NCBI GenBank assembly: GCA_034521595.1
Contig: JAXHMG010000003.1
Span: 2,368,001 to 2,432,000, forward strand
Source: Gemmatimonadota bacterium
GTDB taxonomy: Bacteria > Gemmatimonadota > Gemmatimonadetes > Longimicrobiales > Gaopeijiaceae
Direction: 5' to 3'
Length of the DNA stretch: 64,000 bases
Both the position numbers and the translations under genes were made by a program. Each line of letters opens with the position of its first letter. The stretch's first letter is position 1. Positions 32,554-41,041 of the stretch are shown one piece after another. The notes under the pieces were generated by a model. The model had not been told where the DNA came from, ran no database searches, and saw only the letters and a list, made by a program, of their open reading frames with translations.

Positions 32554-32985
32554 ATGTCCCTGCAGATGGGCTCTCCGGTACGCATTCCCGTCGGCTCGGC
32601 CACCCTCGAGGGCGACCTCGTGGTTTCCGCGCAGGCCACCGGGATCGTGCTTTTCGCGCATGGTAGCGGAAGCAGCCGCCTGAGCCCGAGGAATCGCTTC
32701 GTGGCCCATCAACTGCAGGAGGCCGGGCTCGGAACCCTTCTCTTCGACCTGTTGACCCCGGCCGAAGAGACGGTGGACGAACAGACCCGCGAGTACCGCT
32801 TCGATATCGAGTTGCTCGCGAGACGGCTCGGCCACGTCACGGCATGGGTGACGAGCCAGGAAGAGATGAAGGCGGAAAAAGCCATCGAGATCGTCCCGGG
32901 CGCCACGCATCTGTTCAGTGAAGAGGGCGCCCTCGAGAGGGTGGCGGAGCTCGCGGCCGAGTGGTTCGCGAAGCATCTGGCGTGA
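32554..32985 (+). pseudogene. Dienelactone-hydrolase-like alpha/beta protein with an in-frame internal deletion
   Basis: FAHGSGSSRLSPRN...FDIELLARRL joined directly to EIVPGATHLF; the usual GYFGASTG...SRGGRPD core is missing. Confidence 0.75.
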
Positions 32986-33983
32986 CCGATCTCGCAGCGA
33001 AGGTCGCGTTCCTCCGACGGCCGGAAAGCTACCCGGGGAACGTGCCCGAGGTGGAGGCGATCGAGACACACATGGCCTGGGTGTTCCTGGCTGGCGACCG
33101 GGCCTACAAGATGAAGAAGCCGGTCCGTTATCGGTTTCTCGACTTCTCCACCCTGGAAGCTCGCCGCCACGACTGTGAAGAAGAGGTGCGGCTCAACCGT
33201 CGGCTCTCTCCCGACATCTACCAGGGCCTCGTCCCGCTGACGTCGGGCTTACCGGGGCTGAGCTTGGGTGGGGACGCCGAGCCGGTCGAATGGCTCGTCG
33301 TCATGAAGCGCCTACCTCGCGAGGGCATGCTGGACAGGGTGATCACGGATCAGCGTGTGGATACCGCCGAGGTCGAGCCGGCCGCCGAGCTCCTTGCCGA
33401 GTTCTTCGCTCGCCAGCCGGCGGAGCCGATGGATCCGGAAGCGTACGTCGAGCGCCTGCGGCAGGAGGTGGACGAGAACGCCACAGAGATCCCGGCACAC
33501 GCCTTCCGGCTCTCCTCGGCCGTGCGGAGGTCGGCCGACGCGCTGCGTTCCTTTCTCGATCAGGAAGCGGAGCTCCTGGGAGATCGCGTACGGTCCGGGA
33601 GGGTGATCGAGGGCCATGGCGACTTGAGGCCGGAGCATGTCTTCCTGGGGCCGCCGCCCGCCGCGATCGACTGCCTCGAGTTCGAACGGCGCTTCCGTCT
33701 TTTGGATCCCGCACAGGAGTTGGCCTTTCTAGGCCTCGAGTGCGAGCGTCTGGGCGCGCCGTGGATCGGTCGGTCGTTCTTGGAGGCTTATTGCTCCACC
33801 GCACGGGACTTCCCACCCGACCGACTCGTCGCGTTCTACGCCGCGCATTGCGGCCTCCTCCGCGCGAAGATCGCCATATGGCATCTCGAAGAGGACGTTC
33901 CGGATCCCGAGCACTGGGTCGATAAGTGTTCCAGGTATCTCGACTCGGCTACGCGACACGCCCATCGCGCTCTCGGCCGCTAG
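32982..33983 (+). CDS. Aminoglycoside-phosphotransferase/kinase-like protein (Rv2004c N-terminal domain-like, no AAA tail)
   Basis: ETHMAWVFL, YKMKKPV..FLDFST, EVRLNRRL, HGDLRPEH, DCLEF; GTGA overlap with the upstream gene. Confidence 0.85.
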   Translation: MTDLAAKVAFLRRPESYPGNVPEVEAIETHMAWVFLAGDRAYKMKKPVRYRFLDFSTLEARRHDCEEEVRLNRRLSPDIYQGLVPLTSGLPGLSLGGDAEPVEWLVVMKRLPREGMLDRVITDQRVDTAEVEPAAELLAEFFARQPAEPMDPEAYVERLRQEVDENATEIPAHAFRLSSAVRRSADALRSFLDQEAELLGDRVRSGRVIEGHGDLRPEHVFLGPPPAAIDCLEFERRFRLLDPAQELAFLGLECERLGAPWIGRSFLEAYCSTARDFPPDRLVAFYAAHCGLLRAKIAIWHLEEDVPDPEHWVDKCSRYLDSATRHAHRALGR

Positions 33984-34687
33984 CGGCCTCGCCGGCGGTC
34001 GGGTCCGTCGTCGAATCCCGACCGCGTGTCTTCCGTCTCCCAAGCCCGATGAAGCATTCGGCGCACCTCGTCGTCGGTGAGTTGCGGAAAATCCCGATAC
34101 CAGAAGCCGATGGCGGAGAGGCTCTTCGGGACGAGCGGACATACGACCTGATCCGCCTCGGTTCGTAGCTTCTTCACGGAGTCGGGGCTCGCCACCGGCA
34201 CGGCCACCACGACGCTGCGAGGGCGCTGCGTTCGCACGGCCCGGACCGCCGCGCGAATGGTCGACCCGGTCGCGACGCCGTCGTCGACGACGATGACCGT
34301 TCGCCCTGCGAGCCCGGGGACCGGGCGGTCGCCCCGGTAGGCCTTCTCACGCCGCTCGAGCTCGCGGCGCTCGCCCTGCTCGACCACCTCGAGCGCCTCT
34401 GCGCTGACGTGCGCCATCTCCAGGACGGTTTCGTTCAACAGTCGGACACCTCCGGATGCGATAGCGCCCATGGCGAGCTCCGGTTGGCTCGGGAGGCCGA
34501 GCTTCCGGACCACCATTACGTCCAAGGGAAGCTCGAGCTCTCGGGCGACCTCGTAACCGACGGGAACCCCGCCGCGGGGCAAAGCCAGCACCAACGCGTC
34601 CTCGCGGCTCGGAAGATCCGAGCGAAGCTCCTGCGCCAATCGGCGGCCGGCCTCCGTCCGGTCGTGATAACCCTTCAGCTCGGCCAT
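33980..34687 (-). CDS. Phosphoribosyltransferase family protein (Rv0571c/Rv2143-like)
   Basis: DRTEAGRRLA, ALPRGGVPVG, RKLG.P..PELAMGAIA, VVDDGVATG, WYRDFPQLTD. Confidence 0.9.
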   Translation of the reverse strand: MAELKGYHDRTEAGRRLAQELRSDLPSREDALVLALPRGGVPVGYEVARELELPLDVMVVRKLGLPSQPELAMGAIASGGVRLLNETVLEMAHVSAEALEVVEQGERRELERREKAYRGDRPVPGLAGRTVIVVDDGVATGSTIRAAVRAVRTQRPRSVVVAVPVASPDSVKKLRTEADQVVCPLVPKSLSAIGFWYRDFPQLTDDEVRRMLHRAWETEDTRSGFDDGPDRRRGR

Positions 34688-34729
34688 GATCGTTCACTCC
34701 GGCTCGGGCGTAGCATGATGCCCCAATCT

Positions 34730-34746
34730 CGGGACATATCGTCCCG
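34730..34746. promoter_or_regulatory. Inverted repeat, candidate regulator site between divergent genes
   Basis: CGGGAC-ATATC-GTCCCG. Confidence 0.45.
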
Positions 34747-34796
34747 GCACGACCGGGAATCCGGGCGAATCGCGCTGTCGGTGCGCTGTGGACGGG

Positions 34797-34811
34797 CGGC
34801 ACGCCATGTGC
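34797..34811 (+). promoter_or_regulatory. Possible sigma54 promoter for the small gene at 34889
   Basis: CGGCACGCCATGTGC = GG-N10-GC. Confidence 0.45.
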
Positions 34812-34888
34812 GGGAGGGGCGTCACCCGGAACGATCTCCGGCTAGCGCCCGAAACGCAACTTGCTCCCCGTGAACGAGGATACGCGAC

Positions 34889-35164
34889 ATGGTCCAGCGC
34901 AACCCCTGGCCCTGGAACGAGTCACTCGGTGGGATCGCTGTGGAAGGGGGTGGTGCCTACCGGATCCGTCGGATCCTGTTCGGGATGGTCCGGGATCGAT
35001 GCACCGAGCTGGGCCTGTCGGAGGGTGACATCATCCGGTGCACGCATCGTGACCGGGAGATGGTCGAGGTTCGACTCTCGTCCGGGTGCAAGAAGAAGCT
35101 CGACCTCGCCTACGCTTGGTTCATCAAAGTCGAGCCTGTCGTGGAGCAGTCGGTGGCGGGGTGA
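34889..35164 (+). CDS. Small protein, FeoA/SH3-like
   Basis: GAGGA RBS; RDRCTELGLSEGDII resembles the FeoA R..LG...G..I pattern. Confidence 0.55.
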   Translation: MVQRNPWPWNESLGGIAVEGGGAYRIRRILFGMVRDRCTELGLSEGDIIRCTHRDREMVEVRLSSGCKKKLDLAYAWFIKVEPVVEQSVAG

Positions 35165-35323
35165 ATGGAATCAACCTCCAGCAACAGACGCATAATACGG
35201 CGGAGGTGCTCGCAAGAAATCGGGCGGTTGCATCATGCACCACGTCAACCGCCCAGGTTTCAGGATACGAGGGTAGCTGCGCCGGCGTGCAAAAGCGGGG
35301 CATGTGAGTATGAGGGTTGTGCT

Positions 35324-35875
35324 TCAACCCGCACTGACCCCGCTGAAGTGCGTCTCAACGGGGACACCCGAGCGCAGCGTCTGCAACACGACACAACTGT
35401 GCTCCGCAGCGTCCAAGAGGTTCTGCACACGCTTCGGGTCGGTACCCTCGGCCACCTGCACGTCAACGTGGCATCGCATCGACTGAAACCCGACTGGGAC
35501 GGTTCTGTCGACCAGCAGTGTCCCTCGAACATCCACGTCAGCCGTGACAGCTACCTCGAGCAGCTTCAGCGTGACGTCCAGACGCTCGGCGATCATACGG
35601 ATGGTCGAGTCCAGGCAGGCGGCGAGAGCGGCACACAGCACGTCTCCGGGGTTCGGGGCGTCATGGTATCCACCGACGGCGCGGTGGATACCGAAGGGCC
35701 AACTGACGCCGAAATCCTCACTCCCGGCTAGGACGAAGCCGTGAAACGGATCGGCATTGGTGCCCCCCGTCGTCCGCGCTCGGTCAGTGATCGCGGCTTC
35801 CTCGGGCGCAGCCTTGTAGCGTTCCCGGAGAGGATCTTGTCGCTCCCGGACACTCGTCGAGTCTTTCTCAGCCAT
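35324..35875 (-). CDS. OsmC/Ohr-family protein
   Basis: PNPGDVLCAALAAC ... AEHSCVVLQTL. Confidence 0.85.
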   Translation of the reverse strand: MAEKDSTSVRERQDPLRERYKAAPEEAAITDRARTTGGTNADPFHGFVLAGSEDFGVSWPFGIHRAVGGYHDAPNPGDVLCAALAACLDSTIRMIAERLDVTLKLLEVAVTADVDVRGTLLVDRTVPVGFQSMRCHVDVQVAEGTDPKRVQNLLDAAEHSCVVLQTLRSGVPVETHFSGVSAG

Positions 35876-36024
35876 GAGTCACCCTCGTGTTAGTCACTGG
35901 ATTGGGCCTAATCAGTCGTTCAATTCGCTCTTCCCCTCACGTCACGCAACATCCGATCCATGGATCTCGCCATGTGACATCACTGCGCGCGGAGCGGGCT
36001 CAACGCAGTGCGGTGACGCCCCTC

Positions 36025-38103
36025 CTACGCGCTCATCGCCGCTTCCCGCTCCTTTCGAACCTGCTGCGCCACGTGGTCCGGAGCCGGCTCGTATCCGGCC
36101 GGCTTCCGCGTGTGGAAGGCGCGCCCCTGGGTCATCGAGCGCAGCGTCGCCGCGTACTTGTAGAGCTCCGCCTCGGGTACGATCGCCCGCACCGTGGTCC
36201 TCCCGTCCTCCGGATCCATGCCCTGCACCTTCCCGCGCCGTGAGGTGAGGTCGCCCATGATGTCGCCGACGTATTCGTCCGGGGTCACCACGGAGACCTC
36301 CACCACCGGCTCGAGCAAGATCGGGGCGCACTTCTCGGCGACGGTCCGGAAGGCGAGCGCGCCGGCGAGCTTGAACGCGATGTCCGACGAATCCACCGGG
36401 TGATACGACCCGTCGAAACACTCGACGGCGAAGTCCACCACCGGATACCCGGCGACGACTCCGCGCTCGGCGGCTTCTTGAATTCCGCGGTCCACGGAGG
36501 GGAGGTACTTGGAGGGGATCACCCCGCCCTTGATCGAATCGATGAACTCGTACCCGGACCCGCGCGGGCGCGGCACGAGTCGGATCTTACAGTCTCCGAA
36601 CTGCCCGCGCCCACCGGACTGTTTCTTGTGCCGTCCCTGTCCGTCCCCGGTGGTGGTGAGTGTCTCGCGGTAGGGGATCTTCGGTTGCTCGGTCTCGACC
36701 GTCACCCCGTACTTTCGCGCCATTCTTTCGAGCTGGATCTCGAGGTGGAGCTCGCCGACGCCGCGCGCGATGGTCTGATGGAGCTCGGAGTCGAAGGCGG
36801 CCGAGAAGGTCGGATCCTCGTCGCGGAGCTTCGGGATGACCTCACCCAGCTTGTCCTCGTCGTTGCGGCTCACCCCCCTGATCGCCATGGCGATATCCGC
36901 GGCGGGGAATTCGATGGCTTCGAGCGCGATCCGGCGCTCCTTCGAGCACAGGGTGTCGTTGGTGTGCGTGTGCTTGAGCTTGGCCACGACACCGATGTCG
37001 CCCGCGTGAAGCCGGGGAACCTCCACGCGGTCACGCCCCAGGGGTACGCTCAGATGGTTCAGCTTCTCGGGCTGGCCGTCGAACGCGTTCACGACTTCGT
37101 CCCCGTTCGACACGCTTCCGGAGAAGACGCGGAAGTAGGAGAGCTCGCCCACGTGGGGCTCCGACGCGGTCTTGAACACGAACGCGGCGAGCGGCCCGTC
37201 GTCCCCGACGAGCAACGGCTCACCCTCGACGATCTCCGGACGTGCTTCGGCGGGGCTCGGGCAGAGCTCCACCAGCTTCCGCAAGAGCGCCCGCATGCCG
37301 AAGGTCCTGGGGGCCGCGCCGCAGAAGACGGGGAAGGCCTCCATCCGGCCCATCGCACGGGCCATCGCGTCGATGGCTTCTTCCCGGGAGATGCGACCGC
37401 CCTCGAGGTAGGCCTCCAACAAGCTCTCGTCGGTCGTGGCCAAGGACTCCTGGAGCTCGGTTTCCCAGCGCTCTTCCTCCTCGACGAGATCGTCAGGGAC
37501 CGGCGCTTCCTCGTATTCCCCCGTCTCTGTCCCGGGTGCATAGATGTGCGCCCGCTCGCTGAACAGGTTGATGATGCCCCTGAAATCGGCTCCTTCACCC
37601 ACGGGGATCTCGACCGGAAGCGCGCCGGTGGCGAGGCGGGTCTTGATTTGCCGGAACGCGCGCCCGAAGTCGGCGTGCTCCTTGTCCATCATCGAGACGA
37701 ACAAGATCCGGGGGATCCCCCGCTCCTCACAGTAGCGCCACACACGCTCAGTGCCGACCTCCACGCCGGCCGTCGCGCTCACCACGATGATGGCGGCGTC
37801 GGCTACCCGCACGGCCGAGAGGGCCTCCCCGGTGAAGTCGAGATATCCCGGCGTGTCGAGAAGGTTGATCTTGGTGTCCATGTGCTCCGCGAACGCGGGC
37901 GTGAGCTGCACCGAGATCCCGTGGGCGAGCTCCTCGGGCGCGTGCATCGTGAGCGCCTGCCCTTCATCCACGCTCCCACGCCGCTTCGAGGTCCCCGCCG
38001 TGAAACACAGCGCATCCACCAGACTGGACTTTCCCGAGCCTCCGTGGCCGAGAACGGCGATGTTGCGGATGTGGTCGGTCGAGTATTCCTGGGCCGATGA
38101 CAT
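36025..38103 (-). CDS. fusA2: Elongation factor G paralog (EF-G2)
   Basis: IRNIA, GHGGSGKS, DTPGY, GELHL, KKQSGGRGQFG, GSYHPVDSS, LRSMTQGR; GGAGGAG RBS. Confidence 0.9.
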   Translation of the reverse strand: MSSAQEYSTDHIRNIAVLGHGGSGKSSLVDALCFTAGTSKRRGSVDEGQALTMHAPEELAHGISVQLTPAFAEHMDTKINLLDTPGYLDFTGEALSAVRVADAAIIVVSATAGVEVGTERVWRYCEERGIPRILFVSMMDKEHADFGRAFRQIKTRLATGALPVEIPVGEGADFRGIINLFSERAHIYAPGTETGEYEEAPVPDDLVEEEERWETELQESLATTDESLLEAYLEGGRISREEAIDAMARAMGRMEAFPVFCGAAPRTFGMRALLRKLVELCPSPAEARPEIVEGEPLLVGDDGPLAAFVFKTASEPHVGELSYFRVFSGSVSNGDEVVNAFDGQPEKLNHLSVPLGRDRVEVPRLHAGDIGVVAKLKHTHTNDTLCSKERRIALEAIEFPAADIAMAIRGVSRNDEDKLGEVIPKLRDEDPTFSAAFDSELHQTIARGVGELHLEIQLERMARKYGVTVETEQPKIPYRETLTTTGDGQGRHKKQSGGRGQFGDCKIRLVPRPRGSGYEFIDSIKGGVIPSKYLPSVDRGIQEAAERGVVAGYPVVDFAVECFDGSYHPVDSSDIAFKLAGALAFRTVAEKCAPILLEPVVEVSVVTPDEYVGDIMGDLTSRRGKVQGMDPEDGRTTVRAIVPEAELYKYAATLRSMTQGRAFHTRKPAGYEPAPDHVAQQVRKEREAAMSA

Positions 38104-38264
38104 GCGGGCTCCTCCGGGTCTCGGGTGGCACGAGGCCCGCGGTCGCCCTGGGAGCGCTTCCGGTGCTCCGGTCCCGGGGCGATCCCCGGTCCCCGACGGC
38201 CCCGGTGGACGGTCGCACGCGAGCGCCCGGCCCGCACCGCGAACGTTCACCGGTTGGGCTTCCG

Positions 38265-38294
38265 ATCTTAGGCGTGGGGGGAGGCCGCGAGCAA
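38265..38294 (-). promoter_or_regulatory. Possible sigma70 promoter of EF-G2
   Basis: TTGCTC-N18-TAAGAT. Confidence 0.4.
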
Positions 38295-38331
38295 GGATAT
38301 CCAGGGAAGCGATGCCTGCCGACTCGGCATC

Positions 38332-39603
38332 TCAGGCGATGCAACCCTGCTGCGCCTCGGGCCGTCCGGAATCTTCGACCGTGGGGTCGCCCACGAGCCC
38401 GACGAACAGGATCGTGCCCGAGAAGCGTTCCCGGATGGCGAGCACGTACGGACGGTCGACGACCAGGCCGTTGAACGACGTCGGCCCCACGCCCACCGTG
38501 GTCGCCGCAGCCGCTCGGGTTCCGGCCTCGTCCACCTCGAGCATGGTCTTCTGGCGGACGAAGTCCAGACACAGCTGCTCGGTCTCGCTCATCCCCGAGA
38601 AATCCGCGGCCGTCGTGAAGGCCCGGTCCATCCCCATGTCCCGGAGCGCGTCGTTCAGCAACGCGTCGTAGGCGAGCGACAGCTTCGGCATGGACAGCAG
38701 ATCGATCTCCCGTGGCTCTCCCAGGCTCTCCACGATCGAGTCCCAACGCGCCTGGTCGAGATCGGCCACGAACGCGCGGGGGTCGTCCTGCGGCACGACG
38801 ACCGTCATCGCGAAAGCACCGCCCCCGTAGGGCAGCTCCGCCGCCTGGTAGCCGCTGCCGGCCCCGAGCGCGACCTCCGCGTCCGTGAGCTCCATCATGT
38901 CGACCGTCACCGTCGACCCGTCCGCCCGCGTGAACGGGCCCGGCTCCGTGTCGTCCGGGTCGAACTCCGTCGTCCACGTGCCGTCGAAGTAGATCGCGTT
39001 GACGAGAAGCATCGCGAGGTCGGGATCCAGATCGTCGAGGATCGTCTCGATGAACCCTTCGGTCCGCTCGTCCACCCAGGCATTGATCTCCTCGAGGGTC
39101 GCGGCATCCGAGAAGTCGCGGGCCGCGGCCTCGGCGTCGAATGCCGCGCGCACGGTCTCGAAAAACGCTTCCCGAAACGTGACCTCCTCGTTGGCCCAGA
39201 TCGCGTTGGCGATGTCGAACCGGACCTCGGGATCCAACCCGGTCAGGAGATCGATGAGGTCCCGGTAGGAGTCGTTGATCTCGTCCGCCGAAAGCCCGTC
39301 GAAGCCGAGCGTGGCGCGCATCGCGTCAAGGGTTTCGTCACGCGCGCCGTTGAGCGTCATTCCGAGGGCCATCGAGGCACTCAGGGGGGAGAGCACGACA
39401 TTCGCACGCTCGTCCGCCGCCGTGACCCGTCGGAAGAGCTCGAGACCGAATCCGTTCGACCGGTTCACGACCTCCTGCTCCGCGACGCTCAAGCTCCGTG
39501 GCAGCTCGGTGATCGGGTCGCCCGACGGGGGCCCAGACGGATCGGAGCACCCGAGCAACACGAGCCCGACCGCCCCGGCCCTAGCAGCCGAAGGAAAGCG
39601 CAT
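38332..39603 (-). CDS. Serpin family protease inhibitor, lipoprotein
   Basis: Lipobox LLGC; SPLS, INAWV..T.G.I, NAIYF.G.W, hinge EAGTRAAAAT, DRPY..ILFVG. Confidence 0.93.
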   Translation of the reverse strand: MRFPSAARAGAVGLVLLGCSDPSGPPSGDPITELPRSLSVAEQEVVNRSNGFGLELFRRVTAADERANVVLSPLSASMALGMTLNGARDETLDAMRATLGFDGLSADEINDSYRDLIDLLTGLDPEVRFDIANAIWANEEVTFREAFFETVRAAFDAEAAARDFSDAATLEEINAWVDERTEGFIETILDDLDPDLAMLLVNAIYFDGTWTTEFDPDDTEPGPFTRADGSTVTVDMMELTDAEVALGAGSGYQAAELPYGGGAFAMTVVVPQDDPRAFVADLDQARWDSIVESLGEPREIDLLSMPKLSLAYDALLNDALRDMGMDRAFTTAADFSGMSETEQLCLDFVRQKTMLEVDEAGTRAAAATTVGVGPTSFNGLVVDRPYVLAIRERFSGTILFVGLVGDPTVEDSGRPEAQQGCIA

Positions 39604-39727
39604 GGTCTCACTCCATCGTAATGCACGCGGGCCAGCCCCTCGTGGGCGTGACCCTGGAAAGGATCCATGCGCTGAACGATCGGCCGCCCGAATCGTGACA
39701 GGCCGGAGGGCCGCTAGCAGCGGCTAG

Positions 39728-40330
39728 CTACACCACCTCCGCTCGCTTCTCGATGATCTTGCCCACCAGCCCGTAGTCCACGGCGGCATCGGCGTCGAGC
39801 CAAAAGTTCCGGCGCGTGTCCTTCTCGATCTGCTCCAGCGTCTGGCCCGTCTCCCGCGCGAAGACCTGGTTCAAGCGATCCCGCATCTTGAGGATCTCGC
39901 GCGCTTCGATCTCGATGTCGCTGGCCGACCCTCCGGCGCCGCCGGCCGGCTGATGCAGGAGGAAACGCGTGTTGGGAAGAGAGAAACGATCCTCCCGGGG
40001 CACCGATACGTAGATGAGCGCGCCGGCGCTCGCGACCCAACCGGTCCCCACCATGCGCACCCGCGGCCCCACGAAGCGGATCATGTCGTGGATGGTGTCA
40101 CCCGACTCCACGTGTCCTCCCTGGGAGTTCACGAAGACGGTGATGTCCTCGTCGGACTCGCTCGAAAGCGCCAGCAGCTGCGAGATGACCGACGCGGCGA
40201 GCTTCTGGTCGACTTCACCCGTGATGACGACGGTCCGGGCCTCGAACAGCCGTTCGGCGATGAACTGGTGGGGGAAATCCAGTGCCGGGTCGGTGGGCAC
40301 GGCGCTGGTGGATCGAGCGTTGTGCGACAT
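39728..40330 (-). CDS. clpP: ATP-dependent Clp protease proteolytic subunit (Asn-triad paralog)
   Basis: [27 protein letters not shown]. Confidence 0.9.
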   Translation of the reverse strand: MSHNARSTSAVPTDPALDFPHQFIAERLFEARTVVITGEVDQKLAASVISQLLALSSESDEDITVFVNSQGGHVESGDTIHDMIRFVGPRVRMVGTGWVASAGALIYVSVPREDRFSLPNTRFLLHQPAGGAGGSASDIEIEAREILKMRDRLNQVFARETGQTLEQIEKDTRRNFWLDADAAVDYGLVGKIIEKRAEVV

Positions 40331-40415
40331 GTGGTTGCGGTCCTCGTTGCGGCAGGCCGATTACCGGGCGTGACGTGCCGGTTTCGGTCGGAAGGGAGTT
40401 ACAGTCCGCCCCCCA

Positions 40416-40441
40416 TACGCCGGAGCGGCCCACGGGTTTCC
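40416..40441 (-). promoter_or_regulatory. Possible ECF-type promoter of clpP
   Basis: GGAAAC-N16-CGTA, sigmaW-like consensus. Confidence 0.45.
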
Positions 40442-40489
40442 CGGCCGGTCACCGACCGGTGCACCCGAGGCCGCCCGGCTCCCCGCACC

Positions 40490-40702
40490 TCAGCAGCTCG
40501 GTGGCTCATCCGCACGGTGCACGCCCGTCGCCCGCAGGATGTCCTCCATGAGGCACCAGCGGGTGAGGGACGACTGGATGAGGTTCACTCCCACGAAGGC
40601 GGTGAAGAGGTACCACCAAGGACTGATCCACGTGCCCAACGCCAGCGACGCCAGGATGAAGGTGCCCGCGATCAATCGGATCTTTCGTTCCATGGTCATC
40701 AT
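40490..40702 (-). CDS. DUF2892/YgaP-family small membrane protein
   Basis: ERKIRLIAG, two TMs, FVGVNLIQS..T.WCLM. Confidence 0.85.
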   Translation of the reverse strand: MMTMERKIRLIAGTFILASLALGTWISPWWYLFTAFVGVNLIQSSLTRWCLMEDILRATGVHRADEPPSC

Positions 40703-41037
40703 GTATCTCCATTCGCTCGGGTTGAATCGTTCACCTGCCGCACGGACCTCTCCACGTCCACCTGGAAGGCCTGAACGGGGTGGTCCGCGTCCGCTCCTTC
40801 CGGCCACCCCTTGATAGCCTCGAGAAGGCGCTCGGCCTCCACGTCGGGGAGCACGGCGAAAACCATCCGGGAGCGGTACGGAACCGCTTCTCCGTACCAC
40901 CCACCACCTTTGCCCCTGCCCCCGTGGCCTTCGAGCGGCAAGCGACTGAACACTGAGACGCCGAGCTCACGGAAGCCCCGCATCACGAGCTCGTCGTCGT
41001 CCTCCAGGTACATCAGGAATACCAGCTTCATGGTCAT
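40699..41037 (-). CDS. PII-like transporter-associated protein (PG0541-like)
   Basis: 112 aa, MKLVF start, loop EGHGGRG, located directly after the RND permease. Confidence 0.6.
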   Translation of the reverse strand: MTMKLVFLMYLEDDDELVMRGFRELGVSVFSRLPLEGHGGRGKGGGWYGEAVPYRSRMVFAVLPDVEAERLLEAIKGWPEGADADHPVQAFQVDVERSVRQVNDSTRANGDT

Positions 41038-41041
41038 CTCC

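Noticed and set aside
35896..35916. Imperfect palindrome GATTGGGCCTAATC upstream of the OsmC-like gene
   Set aside because: Single occurrence with no cognate regulator nearby; too weak to call
29544..35968. Imperfect inverted match GGGATCTACGGATCGG (29544-29559) versus 35953-35968 as element ends
   Set aside because: Only 13 of 16 bases match, with no transposase and no target-site duplication seen
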